Below, one piece after another: positions 54,150 to 62,640 of a stretch of DNA of 63,761 bases. Both the position numbers and the translations under genes were made by a program. Every line of letters begins with the position of its first letter. Positions within the stretch are counted from its first letter, which is position 1. The notes below the pieces were generated by a model, which saw nothing but the letters and a program-made list of their open reading frames with translations, did no database searches and had not been told where the DNA came from. The DNA comes from an uncultured Eubacteriales bacterium (GTDB lineage Bacteria > Bacillota > Clostridia > Oscillospirales > CAG-382): positions 1 through 63,761 of the forward strand of contig CAKSDR010000002.1 of NCBI GenBank assembly GCA_934446095.1, in the 5' to 3' direction.

Positions 54150-55321
54150 CACAGTCTTTTATATTGGCGGTTAAAAGCATAGTCCAAAGCAAGATGCGTT
54201 CGTTTTTAACAATGCTCGGCATAATTATCGGAGTAGGTTCGGTTATCATGATAGTAAGCCTTGGAAACGGCATGACCGACAGTGTAAATGAAACTTTTGA
54301 GGGCCTCGGTACGGAAACAATATCGGTAAATCTTATGGGCAGAGGCTCGACAAGAAGTATATCTGACGACGAGATATACGAATTTGCAAAAGAAAACAGC
54401 GACACGATACGTGCCGTGACTCCGACAGTTTCAGTATCGGCAAGCGTAAAGAACGGTTCGGAATCTATTTCGTCGGCGACTGTAACAGGCGTTGGGGAAG
54501 ACTATCTTACCGTTAAGTCCCAAAACTTGAAATCCGGAAGATTTATTCAGTATATAGACATAAAATACAGGAAAAATGTATGCGTTGTCGGTTCGTACTA
54601 CGACAGCAAAGAGGTTTTCGGCGGGTCAGCCTTGGGAAATGAAATAAAGATAAACGGCAATATTTACAAAATTGTGGGAGTGCTTGATGAAATAACTGAT
54701 TCCGAAGACGAGGACGGCTCGGATAACGTAGTTTTGATTCCTTACTCAAACGCTTCAAAACTTGCGAGAAACGCCGGAATTTCTTCATATACTTTTATTG
54801 CTCAGAGCAAGGATATGGTTGAAGAAGCAAAAAACACAATAAATCAAAAACTGTACGACGTTTACGAGGACGAAGACGCTTATATGATACTTGCCATGGC
54901 CGATATGATAGATTCGGTTAACGATATCATGGGAACTATGGTGCTTGTAATTGCATGTATTGCCGGAATATCGCTTCTTGTCGGAGGAATCGGCATAATG
55001 AATATAATGCTTGTGTCAGTAACTGAAAGAACGAGGGAAATCGGCATAAGAAAATCTCTCGGTGCAAAACCGCGCGACATAAGGGGACAGTTTGTTATCG
55101 AGGCTGCGACAACAAGTCTTATCGGCGGTCTTTTGGGGATGCTTATGGGCTTTATAGGTGCAAATTTTGTGGCAAAACTTTTAGACATGAAAATGTCAGT
55201 TTCGGCAGGGTCTGTGATACTTGCAGTCGGAATATCCGTAGGCGTGGGTATTCTTTTCGGATATCTGCCTGCAAATAAAGCCGCAAAACTGAATCCTATA
55301 GACGCTTTGAGATACGAATAA
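54140..55321 (+). CDS. MacB/FtsX-type ABC permease (4 TM with a large extracytoplasmic domain)
   Basis: SKMRSFLTMLGIIIGVGSVI N-terminus. ERTREIGIRKSLGA motif. C-terminal P..KAAKLNPIDALRYE. Overlaps the ATPase gene by 10 nt. Confidence 0.88.
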   Translation: MGITQSFILAVKSIVQSKMRSFLTMLGIIIGVGSVIMIVSLGNGMTDSVNETFEGLGTETISVNLMGRGSTRSISDDEIYEFAKENSDTIRAVTPTVSVSASVKNGSESISSATVTGVGEDYLTVKSQNLKSGRFIQYIDIKYRKNVCVVGSYYDSKEVFGGSALGNEIKINGNIYKIVGVLDEITDSEDEDGSDNVVLIPYSNASKLARNAGISSYTFIAQSKDMVEEAKNTINQKLYDVYEDEDAYMILAMADMIDSVNDIMGTMVLVIACIAGISLLVGGIGIMNIMLVSVTERTREIGIRKSLGAKPRDIRGQFVIEAATTSLIGGLLGMLMGFIGANFVAKLLDMKMSVSAGSVILAVGISVGVGILFGYLPANKAAKLNPIDALRYE

Positions 55322-55343
55322 TAACCGGAAGGAAAATATACAA

Positions 55344-57644
55344 ATGAAAAGATTTTTATGTATCATAATGTCTTTGGTTTTAATATCAGGGATGTTTTTA
55401 TGTGCAGACGCTTCGGAAAATGTTTCGGATACTGCGCAGGAAGAAGTTATTAATATTGTAAAATTGCTTGAGATTATGAATGGAAATGAAAATGGCGAAC
55501 TTAATCTTGACAAGAATGTTACAAGAGCAGAGTTTGTAAAAATGCTTACAAATGCATCGGCATATAAAAACGAGGCTTTGGCAGGCACGGATATATCGCC
55601 GTTTCCCGACGTCGGATTTTCCCACTGGGCGGCAAAATATATTTTATGCGCTTCAAAGAACGGCATTGCAAACGGGTATCTCGACGGAACATTCAGACCC
55701 TCAAACAACGTAAAACTCGAGGAAGCGGTTACAATGACGCTGAAACTCTTGGGTTACGGGGAAGCTGATTTTAAAACGTCATATCCTGCCGGGCAGTTGT
55801 CAAAATATACCGAACTCAAACTTGACAAAAATATAAAGGCAAAGGCCGGAGATTATATGACAAGGCTTGACTGCGCATATCTTATTTACAATATGTTAAG
55901 CACCGAAAGCAAAACCGGAACGCCTTATATAAAAACTATCGGATATTCTGCCGACGGCGACGGAAAAGTTGATTATCTGAAACTGCTTGAAGACAAGATG
56001 GAAGGGCCTGTGACGGTTGACAATGCGGGACCATGGAGATCAAAAGTCAAAATTTTGCCGGAAAATGCAGAAGTTTATATAGACGGCAAACTTTCAAAAT
56101 CCGAAAACCTTAAAGTTAACAATGTTGTATACTACTGCGAGGAAATAAATACAATATGGGCATACACAGATAAAGTTACGGGACTTTGCACTGAAGTTTT
56201 ACCCGACAAAAACTCGCCTTCAAAAGTAGTTGTCGGAGGCAAAACCTACACTCTTGGAAATTCGAACGTCAGTCAGAAGTTTTCGGTTCTCGGCAGTCTT
56301 GGCGAAGATAATGTCGTAGTGCTTCTTTTCGGCAAAGACGGTAATGTTGCCGACGCTTTTATGGGGGACATATCCGATTACGAACTTTATTCCGACGGTG
56401 AACTTGATTATGCCTATCTTGTTGAGTCGACTATAAAAGGACCTGTAATTGTAAATGATTTGTCGTCATGGAAAGACAAACTCGGGTTTGATTATGCGAA
56501 TGCCGTTTGTTATAAGAGAAGCAAAAACGTAAGCATATCCGACGTTTCACTTTATGACGTTGTATATTATTCTTCCGTATTCAATACAATCTGGATTTAT
56601 GACGACAAAATAAGCGGAACGGTTGAAGAAATACTTCCCGACAAAAGCATGCCGACTTCCGTTGTTATATCCGGTAAAACTTTGAGCCTTGAAACCGCGT
56701 CATGCGAATTTGACTTTTCTTCAATGGGAAAATATAATGTCGGCGACACAGTAACAGTGCTTCTCGGAAGAAATGGGCTTGCCGCAGGAGTAAAATCGGT
56801 TGCGGATATCAATAAGGAACGTTTCGGAATAGCGCTGTCTGTAGGTGAGAAGAAATATAAAAATTCCGACGGAAGCGAATACAGTTCATATTATGTGGAA
56901 GTTTCGGATTTTGAAGGCGGAACATACGAATACAAGACGCAAAGCAAAGATTTCCCAACCGAATATATAGTGTCGGTTACTTTCAGAAACGGAAGCCAGA
57001 AGGTGTCATCAATAAAAGAAAATTACACCGATATTTCAAAATTAAAGGACGCCGTAAAAAATAAAAAGTATTCGTCCGACGCGGTAATTGTCGACTTGTG
57101 CGGAAAAACATTTACAAAAGTTTTCCCGTCTTCTATAAGTAATGTTTCTTTAAGCACCGAAGACGTGCTTTTGTACAGAATGAATGCGGGCGGAGAAATA
57201 ACATATCTTGTGCTCAGCGATGTTACGGGCGACCTTTATTCATACGGCATTATAACCGCAAGTTCCGAATCCACGTCGTCAAAAATTATGAGTTCGTATA
57301 CTTTTCTTGAAAAAGACAGTGTCAAAACAATAAAAAGCGAAGATACGGCTTTTCTGGCAAAAACAGGACCCGCAAAAGTTTTGATTGAAAACGGAAGCGT
57401 TAAAAAGATTTCAAATCTTAACTTTGTAAAAGCCGATTCGGCAAGCATGCTGCAGATAACGTCGGGAGGCAAAACATATGATATCTGGGACAAAGTTTCG
57501 GCATACCTTTATGAAAACGACGAATACAAAAACATAAAACTTTCTGACGCCTGCAACCTTGACAAATACAATCTTAAATGTTATTATGATGCGTCGGGAA
57601 AAATAAGAATAATTGTTGCTTTAAAAAACTATTCGGCAAAATAA
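55344..57644 (+). CDS. Secreted protein with N-terminal SLH repeats and tandem ~135-aa repeat modules
   Basis: Signal peptide present. SLH motif FPDVGFSHWAAKYILCASKNGIANGYLDGTFRPSNNVKLEEAV. Two clearly related modules lie at nt ~55953-56360 and ~56391-56795. Confidence 0.78.
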   Translation: MKRFLCIIMSLVLISGMFLCADASENVSDTAQEEVINIVKLLEIMNGNENGELNLDKNVTRAEFVKMLTNASAYKNEALAGTDISPFPDVGFSHWAAKYILCASKNGIANGYLDGTFRPSNNVKLEEAVTMTLKLLGYGEADFKTSYPAGQLSKYTELKLDKNIKAKAGDYMTRLDCAYLIYNMLSTESKTGTPYIKTIGYSADGDGKVDYLKLLEDKMEGPVTVDNAGPWRSKVKILPENAEVYIDGKLSKSENLKVNNVVYYCEEINTIWAYTDKVTGLCTEVLPDKNSPSKVVVGGKTYTLGNSNVSQKFSVLGSLGEDNVVVLLFGKDGNVADAFMGDISDYELYSDGELDYAYLVESTIKGPVIVNDLSSWKDKLGFDYANAVCYKRSKNVSISDVSLYDVVYYSSVFNTIWIYDDKISGTVEEILPDKSMPTSVVISGKTLSLETASCEFDFSSMGKYNVGDTVTVLLGRNGLAAGVKSVADINKERFGIALSVGEKKYKNSDGSEYSSYYVEVSDFEGGTYEYKTQSKDFPTEYIVSVTFRNGSQKVSSIKENYTDISKLKDAVKNKKYSSDAVIVDLCGKTFTKVFPSSISNVSLSTEDVLLYRMNAGGEITYLVLSDVTGDLYSYGIITASSESTSSKIMSSYTFLEKDSVKTIKSEDTAFLAKTGPAKVLIENGSVKKISNLNFVKADSASMLQITSGGKTYDIWDKVSAYLYENDEYKNIKLSDACNLDKYNLKCYYDASGKIRIIVALKNYSAK

Positions 57645-57663
57645 ATTTATAAAGGAAGTCAAA

Positions 57664-58257
57664 ATGAAAATAATTCTTGCTTCGCAGTCGCAAAGACGGC
57701 GTGAAATCTTTGACAGGCTGAAAGTGCCGTACACCGCATATTCTACCGAAGCCGATGAAAATGTAATTTTCGAAAGCCCTGAGAAAACGGTCATGGACCT
57801 TGCGCTTCGCAAGGCCGCGTATGCAAAAAATGCTTTTCAAGACGATAAAAACATGATCATTGCCGCAGACACACTTGTATATTGCGGCGAACAACTGCTC
57901 GGCAAACCGAAAGACGAAAAAGACGCCGAAGATATGCTGAAAACGCTTTCGGGGAACAGCCATGAAGTTTATACCGGCGTATGCGTAATGTACGGGAAAG
58001 GGAAGACAGTCTTTTATGAAAAATCAATAGTCAGGTTCAGAAAAATCGATAACGACGAAATAAGAGAATATATAAAAACAGGCGAAAGCATGGACAAGGC
58101 AGGAGCCTACGGAATACAAAATCTCGGAGAAATTTTTGTCGAGGGAATAGAAGGCGATTATTTTAACATTGTCGGACTTCCGGTCGAAAGTTTATTTGAA
58201 CATATTAAAAAAGAATTCGGGATGTCTTTTTTCGATGTTTTAAAATCTGCGGAGTAA
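57664..58257 (+). CDS. maf: Maf-family nucleoside triphosphate pyrophosphatase
   Basis: IILAS.S.RR.E.. start. AADT.V motif. DKAGAYGIQ motif. Confidence 0.9.
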   Translation: MKIILASQSQRRREIFDRLKVPYTAYSTEADENVIFESPEKTVMDLALRKAAYAKNAFQDDKNMIIAADTLVYCGEQLLGKPKDEKDAEDMLKTLSGNSHEVYTGVCVMYGKGKTVFYEKSIVRFRKIDNDEIREYIKTGESMDKAGAYGIQNLGEIFVEGIEGDYFNIVGLPVESLFEHIKKEFGMSFFDVLKSAE

Positions 58258-58260
58258 TAT

Positions 58261-58296
58261 AAAAGCGGCTGCATTTATAAATGCAGCCGCTTTTTT
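58261..58296. terminator. Bidirectional intrinsic terminator (maf / spoVAC, convergent)
   Basis: Perfect 12-bp stem AGCGGCTGCATT / AATGCAGCCGCT, loop TATA. Flanked by AAA and TTTTTT. Confidence 0.85.
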
Positions 58297-58778
58297 CAGC
58301 ATAGGTTCGGAAGATAAAAAGCAAAATAATAAATTATACCCCAGATTACGGAACAAAGAGTTCCGTAAACTATAACGGGACCTGCAATAACAAACATTTT
58401 CGCTCCGACGCCGAGGACATACCCTTCAGCCTTGCTGTCAATTGCCGGAGAACAAACGGCGTTTGCAAATCCGGTTATCGGAACGAGAGTTCCCGCGCCT
58501 GCATGCTTTGCCGCTTTTGAGTAAAGGCCGAGCCCAGTGAAAAGGCACGAGAGAAATATAAGTGTTACCGGCACAAGAATTTTTGACGCTGTTTTACCGA
58601 ACAGGTAAATGTAAAGAGAAGAAAATGCCTGACCTATCGTGCATATTATTCCGCCAGACACAAAGGCAAAAAAAGTATCCTTGAGTATCGGAGAGGACGG
58701 CATATGTTTGTCGGCATATTTTCTGTAGGCTTCTTTCTGAGGTTCGCTGAAATTTCTTGTGTTTTTCTTTTCCTTCAT
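58296..58778 (-). CDS. spoVAC: Stage V sporulation protein AC (SpoVAC)
   Basis: 160 aa with four TM helices. AF..GG.IC.IGQ and GAGTLVPITGFANAV motifs. Confidence 0.85.
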   Translation of the reverse strand: MKEKKNTRNFSEPQKEAYRKYADKHMPSSPILKDTFFAFVSGGIICTIGQAFSSLYIYLFGKTASKILVPVTLIFLSCLFTGLGLYSKAAKHAGAGTLVPITGFANAVCSPAIDSKAEGYVLGVGAKMFVIAGPVIVYGTLCSVIWGIIYYFAFYLPNLC

Positions 58779-58827
58779 AATTTTTCACCTTTTTGCTAAA
58801 TTAATTTTTTTATTTTTATTATTCCTA

Positions 58828-58856
58828 TTTACATACAAAATATTTAATGTTAGAAT
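58828..58856 (+). promoter_or_regulatory. Sigma-A type promoter of the MBOAT gene
   Basis: TTTACA, 17 nt, TAGAAT, with extended -10 TG. Confidence 0.5.
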
Positions 58857-58890
58857 ATAAATAATCAAAATATCAAAAGGATTCTTATGT

Positions 58891-60303
58891 ATGGTTTTTG
58901 CAAGTCTTGTTTTTTTGTACCTGTTTTTCCCGCTCAATCTGATATTGTATTTTTCTTTTAAAAATCAGACATACAGAAACTGTATACTTATAATTTTTTC
59001 ACTTGTTTTCTATGCATGGGGAGAACCTGTGTGGGTATTTCCGATGGTTCTTACGGCGTTTCTTGACTATGCAAATTCAAAAATGATATACAGATTCCGC
59101 GGCAAAAAAATTGCAAAGTTATTTCTTCTTCTGTCAGTTGTAATTGACGTTGGAATTTTTGCTTTGTTCAAATATTCCGGCTTTATCGTCGAAAATATAA
59201 ACACAGTTTTTAAAACATCTTTTGCCGTCCCGGGTTTTGCGCTTCCCATCGGAATATCGTTTTATACTTTTCAGACGCTTACGTACGTGGTAGACGTATA
59301 CAAAGGCAGGGTTAAGCCCGCAGAACGCTTTTACAAATATCTTGTGTATCTTGTAAGTTATTTCCAGTTGGTGGCAGGGCCTATTGTAAGGTATACCGAC
59401 GTTGAAAAAGCGGTATCTTGCAGAAAAACTACCGTGAACGGTTTTGCAAACGGAATGTCGCTGTTTATCTACGGTCTTGCAAAAAAGGTAATGATCGCAA
59501 ATATTGCAGGAGAATTTGCCGGAAGATACATGCATGCCGAAATCGGCAAACTTACATTTGTCGGAGCATGGTTTGGAATTATTATGTATACGGTGCAGTT
59601 GTACTTCGATTTTTCCGGATATTCGGATATGGCAAAGGGACTCGGAAAAATATTCGGATTCGATTTTCCGGACAATTTCAATTATCCGTACATCTCAAAA
59701 TCCGTTTCGGAGTTTTGGCGCAGATGGCATATGACGCTCGGAGGATTTTTCAGGGATTATGTTTATATTCCGCTGGGCGGAAACAGAAAAAGGGTGTACC
59801 TTAACCTTTTTATCGTATGGTTTTTAACCGGATTGTGGCACGGCGCGAGTTGGAACTTTGTGATTTGGGGCTTGTATAACGGCTTTTTTATAATACTCGA
59901 AAGATTGCTTGCAGGATTTTTCAAAAGATTGCCGGCAGTAGTTTCACATGTATATTTGCTTATTGTTGTAAATATCGGATTTGTTTTCTTTTATTTTGAA
60001 AAACTCGGAAGCGCATCGCAGTATTTGAAAGTTATGTTTTCGATAAACGGCAATCCTTTCTCGGATATTGCGACAAATACGGATATTTTGAACAACATTT
60101 TCTTCATAGCGGCGGCGATGCTGCTTTGCACGCCTGTGTTTAAACTTGTGCAAAAAGGTGCATACAAAATAGAAACGTTATCTTCTTTCTCGTGCGCTGC
60201 GGTAAATGTTGTGAAAACTTTATACCTTGCGGCATTGCTGCTTGTTTCGACGGCATTTCTTGCCGGCAACAGTTTTAATCCGTTTTTGTATTTTCAGTTT
60301 TAG
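58891..60303 (+). CDS. MBOAT-family membrane O-acyltransferase (AlgI/DltB-like)
   Basis: GISFYTFQTLTYVVDVY, FWRRWHMTLGGFFRDYVYIPLGGNR and GLWHGASW (catalytic His) motifs. Confidence 0.88.
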   Translation: MVFASLVFLYLFFPLNLILYFSFKNQTYRNCILIIFSLVFYAWGEPVWVFPMVLTAFLDYANSKMIYRFRGKKIAKLFLLLSVVIDVGIFALFKYSGFIVENINTVFKTSFAVPGFALPIGISFYTFQTLTYVVDVYKGRVKPAERFYKYLVYLVSYFQLVAGPIVRYTDVEKAVSCRKTTVNGFANGMSLFIYGLAKKVMIANIAGEFAGRYMHAEIGKLTFVGAWFGIIMYTVQLYFDFSGYSDMAKGLGKIFGFDFPDNFNYPYISKSVSEFWRRWHMTLGGFFRDYVYIPLGGNRKRVYLNLFIVWFLTGLWHGASWNFVIWGLYNGFFIILERLLAGFFKRLPAVVSHVYLLIVVNIGFVFFYFEKLGSASQYLKVMFSINGNPFSDIATNTDILNNIFFIAAAMLLCTPVFKLVQKGAYKIETLSSFSCAAVNVVKTLYLAALLLVSTAFLAGNSFNPFLYFQF

Positions 60304-60321
60304 TATATAAAATATTTAATT

Positions 60322-60364
60322 AACATATTATTCATAAACATATGATAAAATATTATAATATGTT
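60322..60364. repeat. Perfect 10-bp inverted repeat overlapping the putative parB promoter
   Basis: AACATATTAT (60322-60331) and ATAATATGTT (60355-60364), separated by 23 nt. Confidence 0.75.
60331..60359 (+). promoter_or_regulatory. Possible sigma-A promoter of the parB operon
   Basis: TTCATA, 17 nt, TATAAT. Confidence 0.4.
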
Positions 60365-60411
60365 CATAGTATTAATTAAGAGTATAAATTTGACTTTCGG
60401 AGGATAATATA

Positions 60412-61332
60412 ATGGCAAAAAAAGGTGGACTCGGAAAAGGACTTGATGCGCTTTTTGACGAAGCAAACTTCAATTCCGAAGTTACTTTGGAAACACCGGG
60501 GGTTGTTACACTAAGACTTTCCGATATTGAACCCGATAAGGAACAGCCGAGAAAAAATTTCGACACGGAATCGCTTACTTCTCTTGCCGAATCGATAGCA
60601 AGACATGGCATATTGCAGCCGATAGTGGTAAGAAAGCCTCAAAATGAAGGTGCGTCCGGAATTTTAAAAAACAAATATACGATAGTTGCCGGCGAACGCA
60701 GATGGCGTGCGGCAAGAATGGCGGGATTATCTGAGGTTCCCGTTATTGTAAAGAATATTTCAGACCATGAAGCAGCGGCGATTATGCTTGTTGAAAATCT
60801 GCAGAGAGAAGATCTCAATGCGGTTGAACAGGCAAAAGGTCTTGAAAGACTTCTTCACGAATTTGACTTAACACAGGAGCAAACGGCGGAAATTGTAGGA
60901 ATTTCAAGACCTGCGCTTACAAATGCCCTAAGACTTCTTACCTTGCCCGATGTGGTTTTGGGTTACCTTGAGAAAGGAGATATTTCTGCGGGACACGCAA
61001 GGGCGCTTATCACACTCGGAAAAAAAGACGACGTTATAAAGGCCGCGCAGTTTGTAAAATCAAAGGGGCTGTCTGTGCGTGAAACCGAAAAACTTGTGAA
61101 GAAAATGCTGGCAGGAGCGCCTTCAAAAAAAGAAGACAAAAAAGATTTGTCTGCCGAAGCATACTACGAAAAACTTGCGGAAAAGATATCTTCTTCTATC
61201 GGAAGAAAAGTAACTATACCCAATAGAAAAAAGGGTGCAAAAAACGGGTTTATTACGATAGAATATTATGACAATGACGATTTCGAAAAACTTGTAAACG
61301 ATATTTGCAAAAAAGATATATTTAAAGATTAA
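60412..61332 (+). CDS. parB: ParB/Spo0J-family partition protein
   Basis: GLGKGLDALF N-terminus. CTP-binding motif GERRWRAA. ENLQREDLN motif. HTH region LTQEQTAEIVGISRPALTNALRLL. Confidence 0.9.
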   Translation: MAKKGGLGKGLDALFDEANFNSEVTLETPGVVTLRLSDIEPDKEQPRKNFDTESLTSLAESIARHGILQPIVVRKPQNEGASGILKNKYTIVAGERRWRAARMAGLSEVPVIVKNISDHEAAAIMLVENLQREDLNAVEQAKGLERLLHEFDLTQEQTAEIVGISRPALTNALRLLTLPDVVLGYLEKGDISAGHARALITLGKKDDVIKAAQFVKSKGLSVRETEKLVKKMLAGAPSKKEDKKDLSAEAYYEKLAEKISSSIGRKVTIPNRKKGAKNGFITIEYYDNDDFEKLVNDICKKDIFKD

Positions 61333-61344
61333 AGAGGAATTACT

Positions 61345-61791
61345 GTGCCTTTATTATTACAGCCGGACACAATAGTCTGGATAATATTTGCGGGAGTATG
61401 CGCTGCTTCTTTTTATGCTTTTTTTCAGAAAAAGGTTGCGGGAAGTATAATACGCGCTATTATAGACAAGGAAAGTTTTGATGAGCAGAACGCAAAAACT
61501 CTCGGACAACTAGGTTATACTGGCAAAATCAAAGAAAAATGCGCAAAATTTTTGCTTAAAGACGGATCCACTCTGAGAAAATATATTAAAGAATGCGTAA
61601 AAGAAGACAGTTCAAAAGCATATTTTATTCCGGAAGATAAAAAAATATCTGCCGAATGCAGATATGACAGCGATGGAATGTCAGTAAAAACATTGCTGCT
61701 CTCGATTCTGGGCCTGTTTATAGCGGCAATAGTTGCAATCCGGTTTTTGCCGGAAATTTCAAAATTGCTTTCGGGAATATTTAAACAATAA
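61345..61791 (+). CDS. Hypothetical membrane protein (one TM helix at each end, Lys-rich cytoplasmic middle)
   Basis: GTG start 6 nt after RBS AAGAGGA. Hydrophobic segments IVWIIFAGVCAASFYAFF and LLLSILGLFIAAIVAI. No family was recognised. Confidence 0.5.
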   Translation: MPLLLQPDTIVWIIFAGVCAASFYAFFQKKVAGSIIRAIIDKESFDEQNAKTLGQLGYTGKIKEKCAKFLLKDGSTLRKYIKECVKEDSSKAYFIPEDKKISAECRYDSDGMSVKTLLLSILGLFIAAIVAIRFLPEISKLLSGIFKQ

Positions 61792-61811
61792 AGTAAAATC
61801 AAAAGAGGGAT

Positions 61812-62636
61812 ATGAAATTGGAAATCAAGACAAAAAAAGCGGTAAATAAACTTTTGATAGCAGTTATAATTGCACTTGTTTTTCTCATTGCGACGGGAAT
61901 TGTTGCTGTTATTTCTGGCTATAGAATCTATACTGACGGAAACGGTAACAAATTTATCGGAAAGACAACCGACGGCACTGTGGTTCGCGGAACAATATAT
62001 TATTCGGGCGGGGAAAAGGGCAGCATTGACAGAACAAAGGGAACCATAGTCTTTTCAAACGGCGATAAGTATGACGGCGAATTTTCCGGTTTTTACAGAA
62101 ACGGCGCAGGAACTATGACATATGCTCTTACGGGCGACGAATATGTAGGCAATTTCAAGTCCGATAAATTTGACGGAGAAGGAAAATATACATATGGCAA
62201 CGGCGACAAGTATGAAGGAAATTTTTCCGGAGGCAAGAAAGACGGTTTCGGAAAATATACATGGGCTGACGGTTCATATTACGAAGGGGAATTTTCAGAT
62301 AACAAGAAAAACGGCAGCGGAAAGTACTTCGGAAGCGACGGTTCGAGTTATGAAGGAAGTTTTGTCGATGACCTGAAAGACGGCAAAGGCACTTTCATTT
62401 TCTCAAACGGCGATAAATATGAAGGAGATTTTTCCTCTGACAAAAGAACCGGCAACGGTACTTATACTTGGGCGACAGGCGAGAGTTATACCGGAGAGTT
62501 TTATGAAAATAAAATGCATGGAAAAGGCAAGTATACCTGGTCGGAGGGAAGAACATACGAAGGATTCTTTGAAAACGGCGATGTAGTTGTAAAGGACGAA
62601 AAAGATTCTTCGAATAAAGATGACGCCAAGGAATAA
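61812..62636 (+). CDS. Membrane-anchored MORN-repeat protein
   Basis: N-terminal TM helix. About 9 tandem MORN units of the Y.G.F..GK..G.G type (YEGNFSGGKKDGFGKYTW..., YEGEFSDNKKNGSGKY...). Confidence 0.8.
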   Translation: MKLEIKTKKAVNKLLIAVIIALVFLIATGIVAVISGYRIYTDGNGNKFIGKTTDGTVVRGTIYYSGGEKGSIDRTKGTIVFSNGDKYDGEFSGFYRNGAGTMTYALTGDEYVGNFKSDKFDGEGKYTYGNGDKYEGNFSGGKKDGFGKYTWADGSYYEGEFSDNKKNGSGKYFGSDGSSYEGSFVDDLKDGKGTFIFSNGDKYEGDFSSDKRTGNGTYTWATGESYTGEFYENKMHGKGKYTWSEGRTYEGFFENGDVVVKDEKDSSNKDDAKE

Positions 62637-62640
62637 TTTT

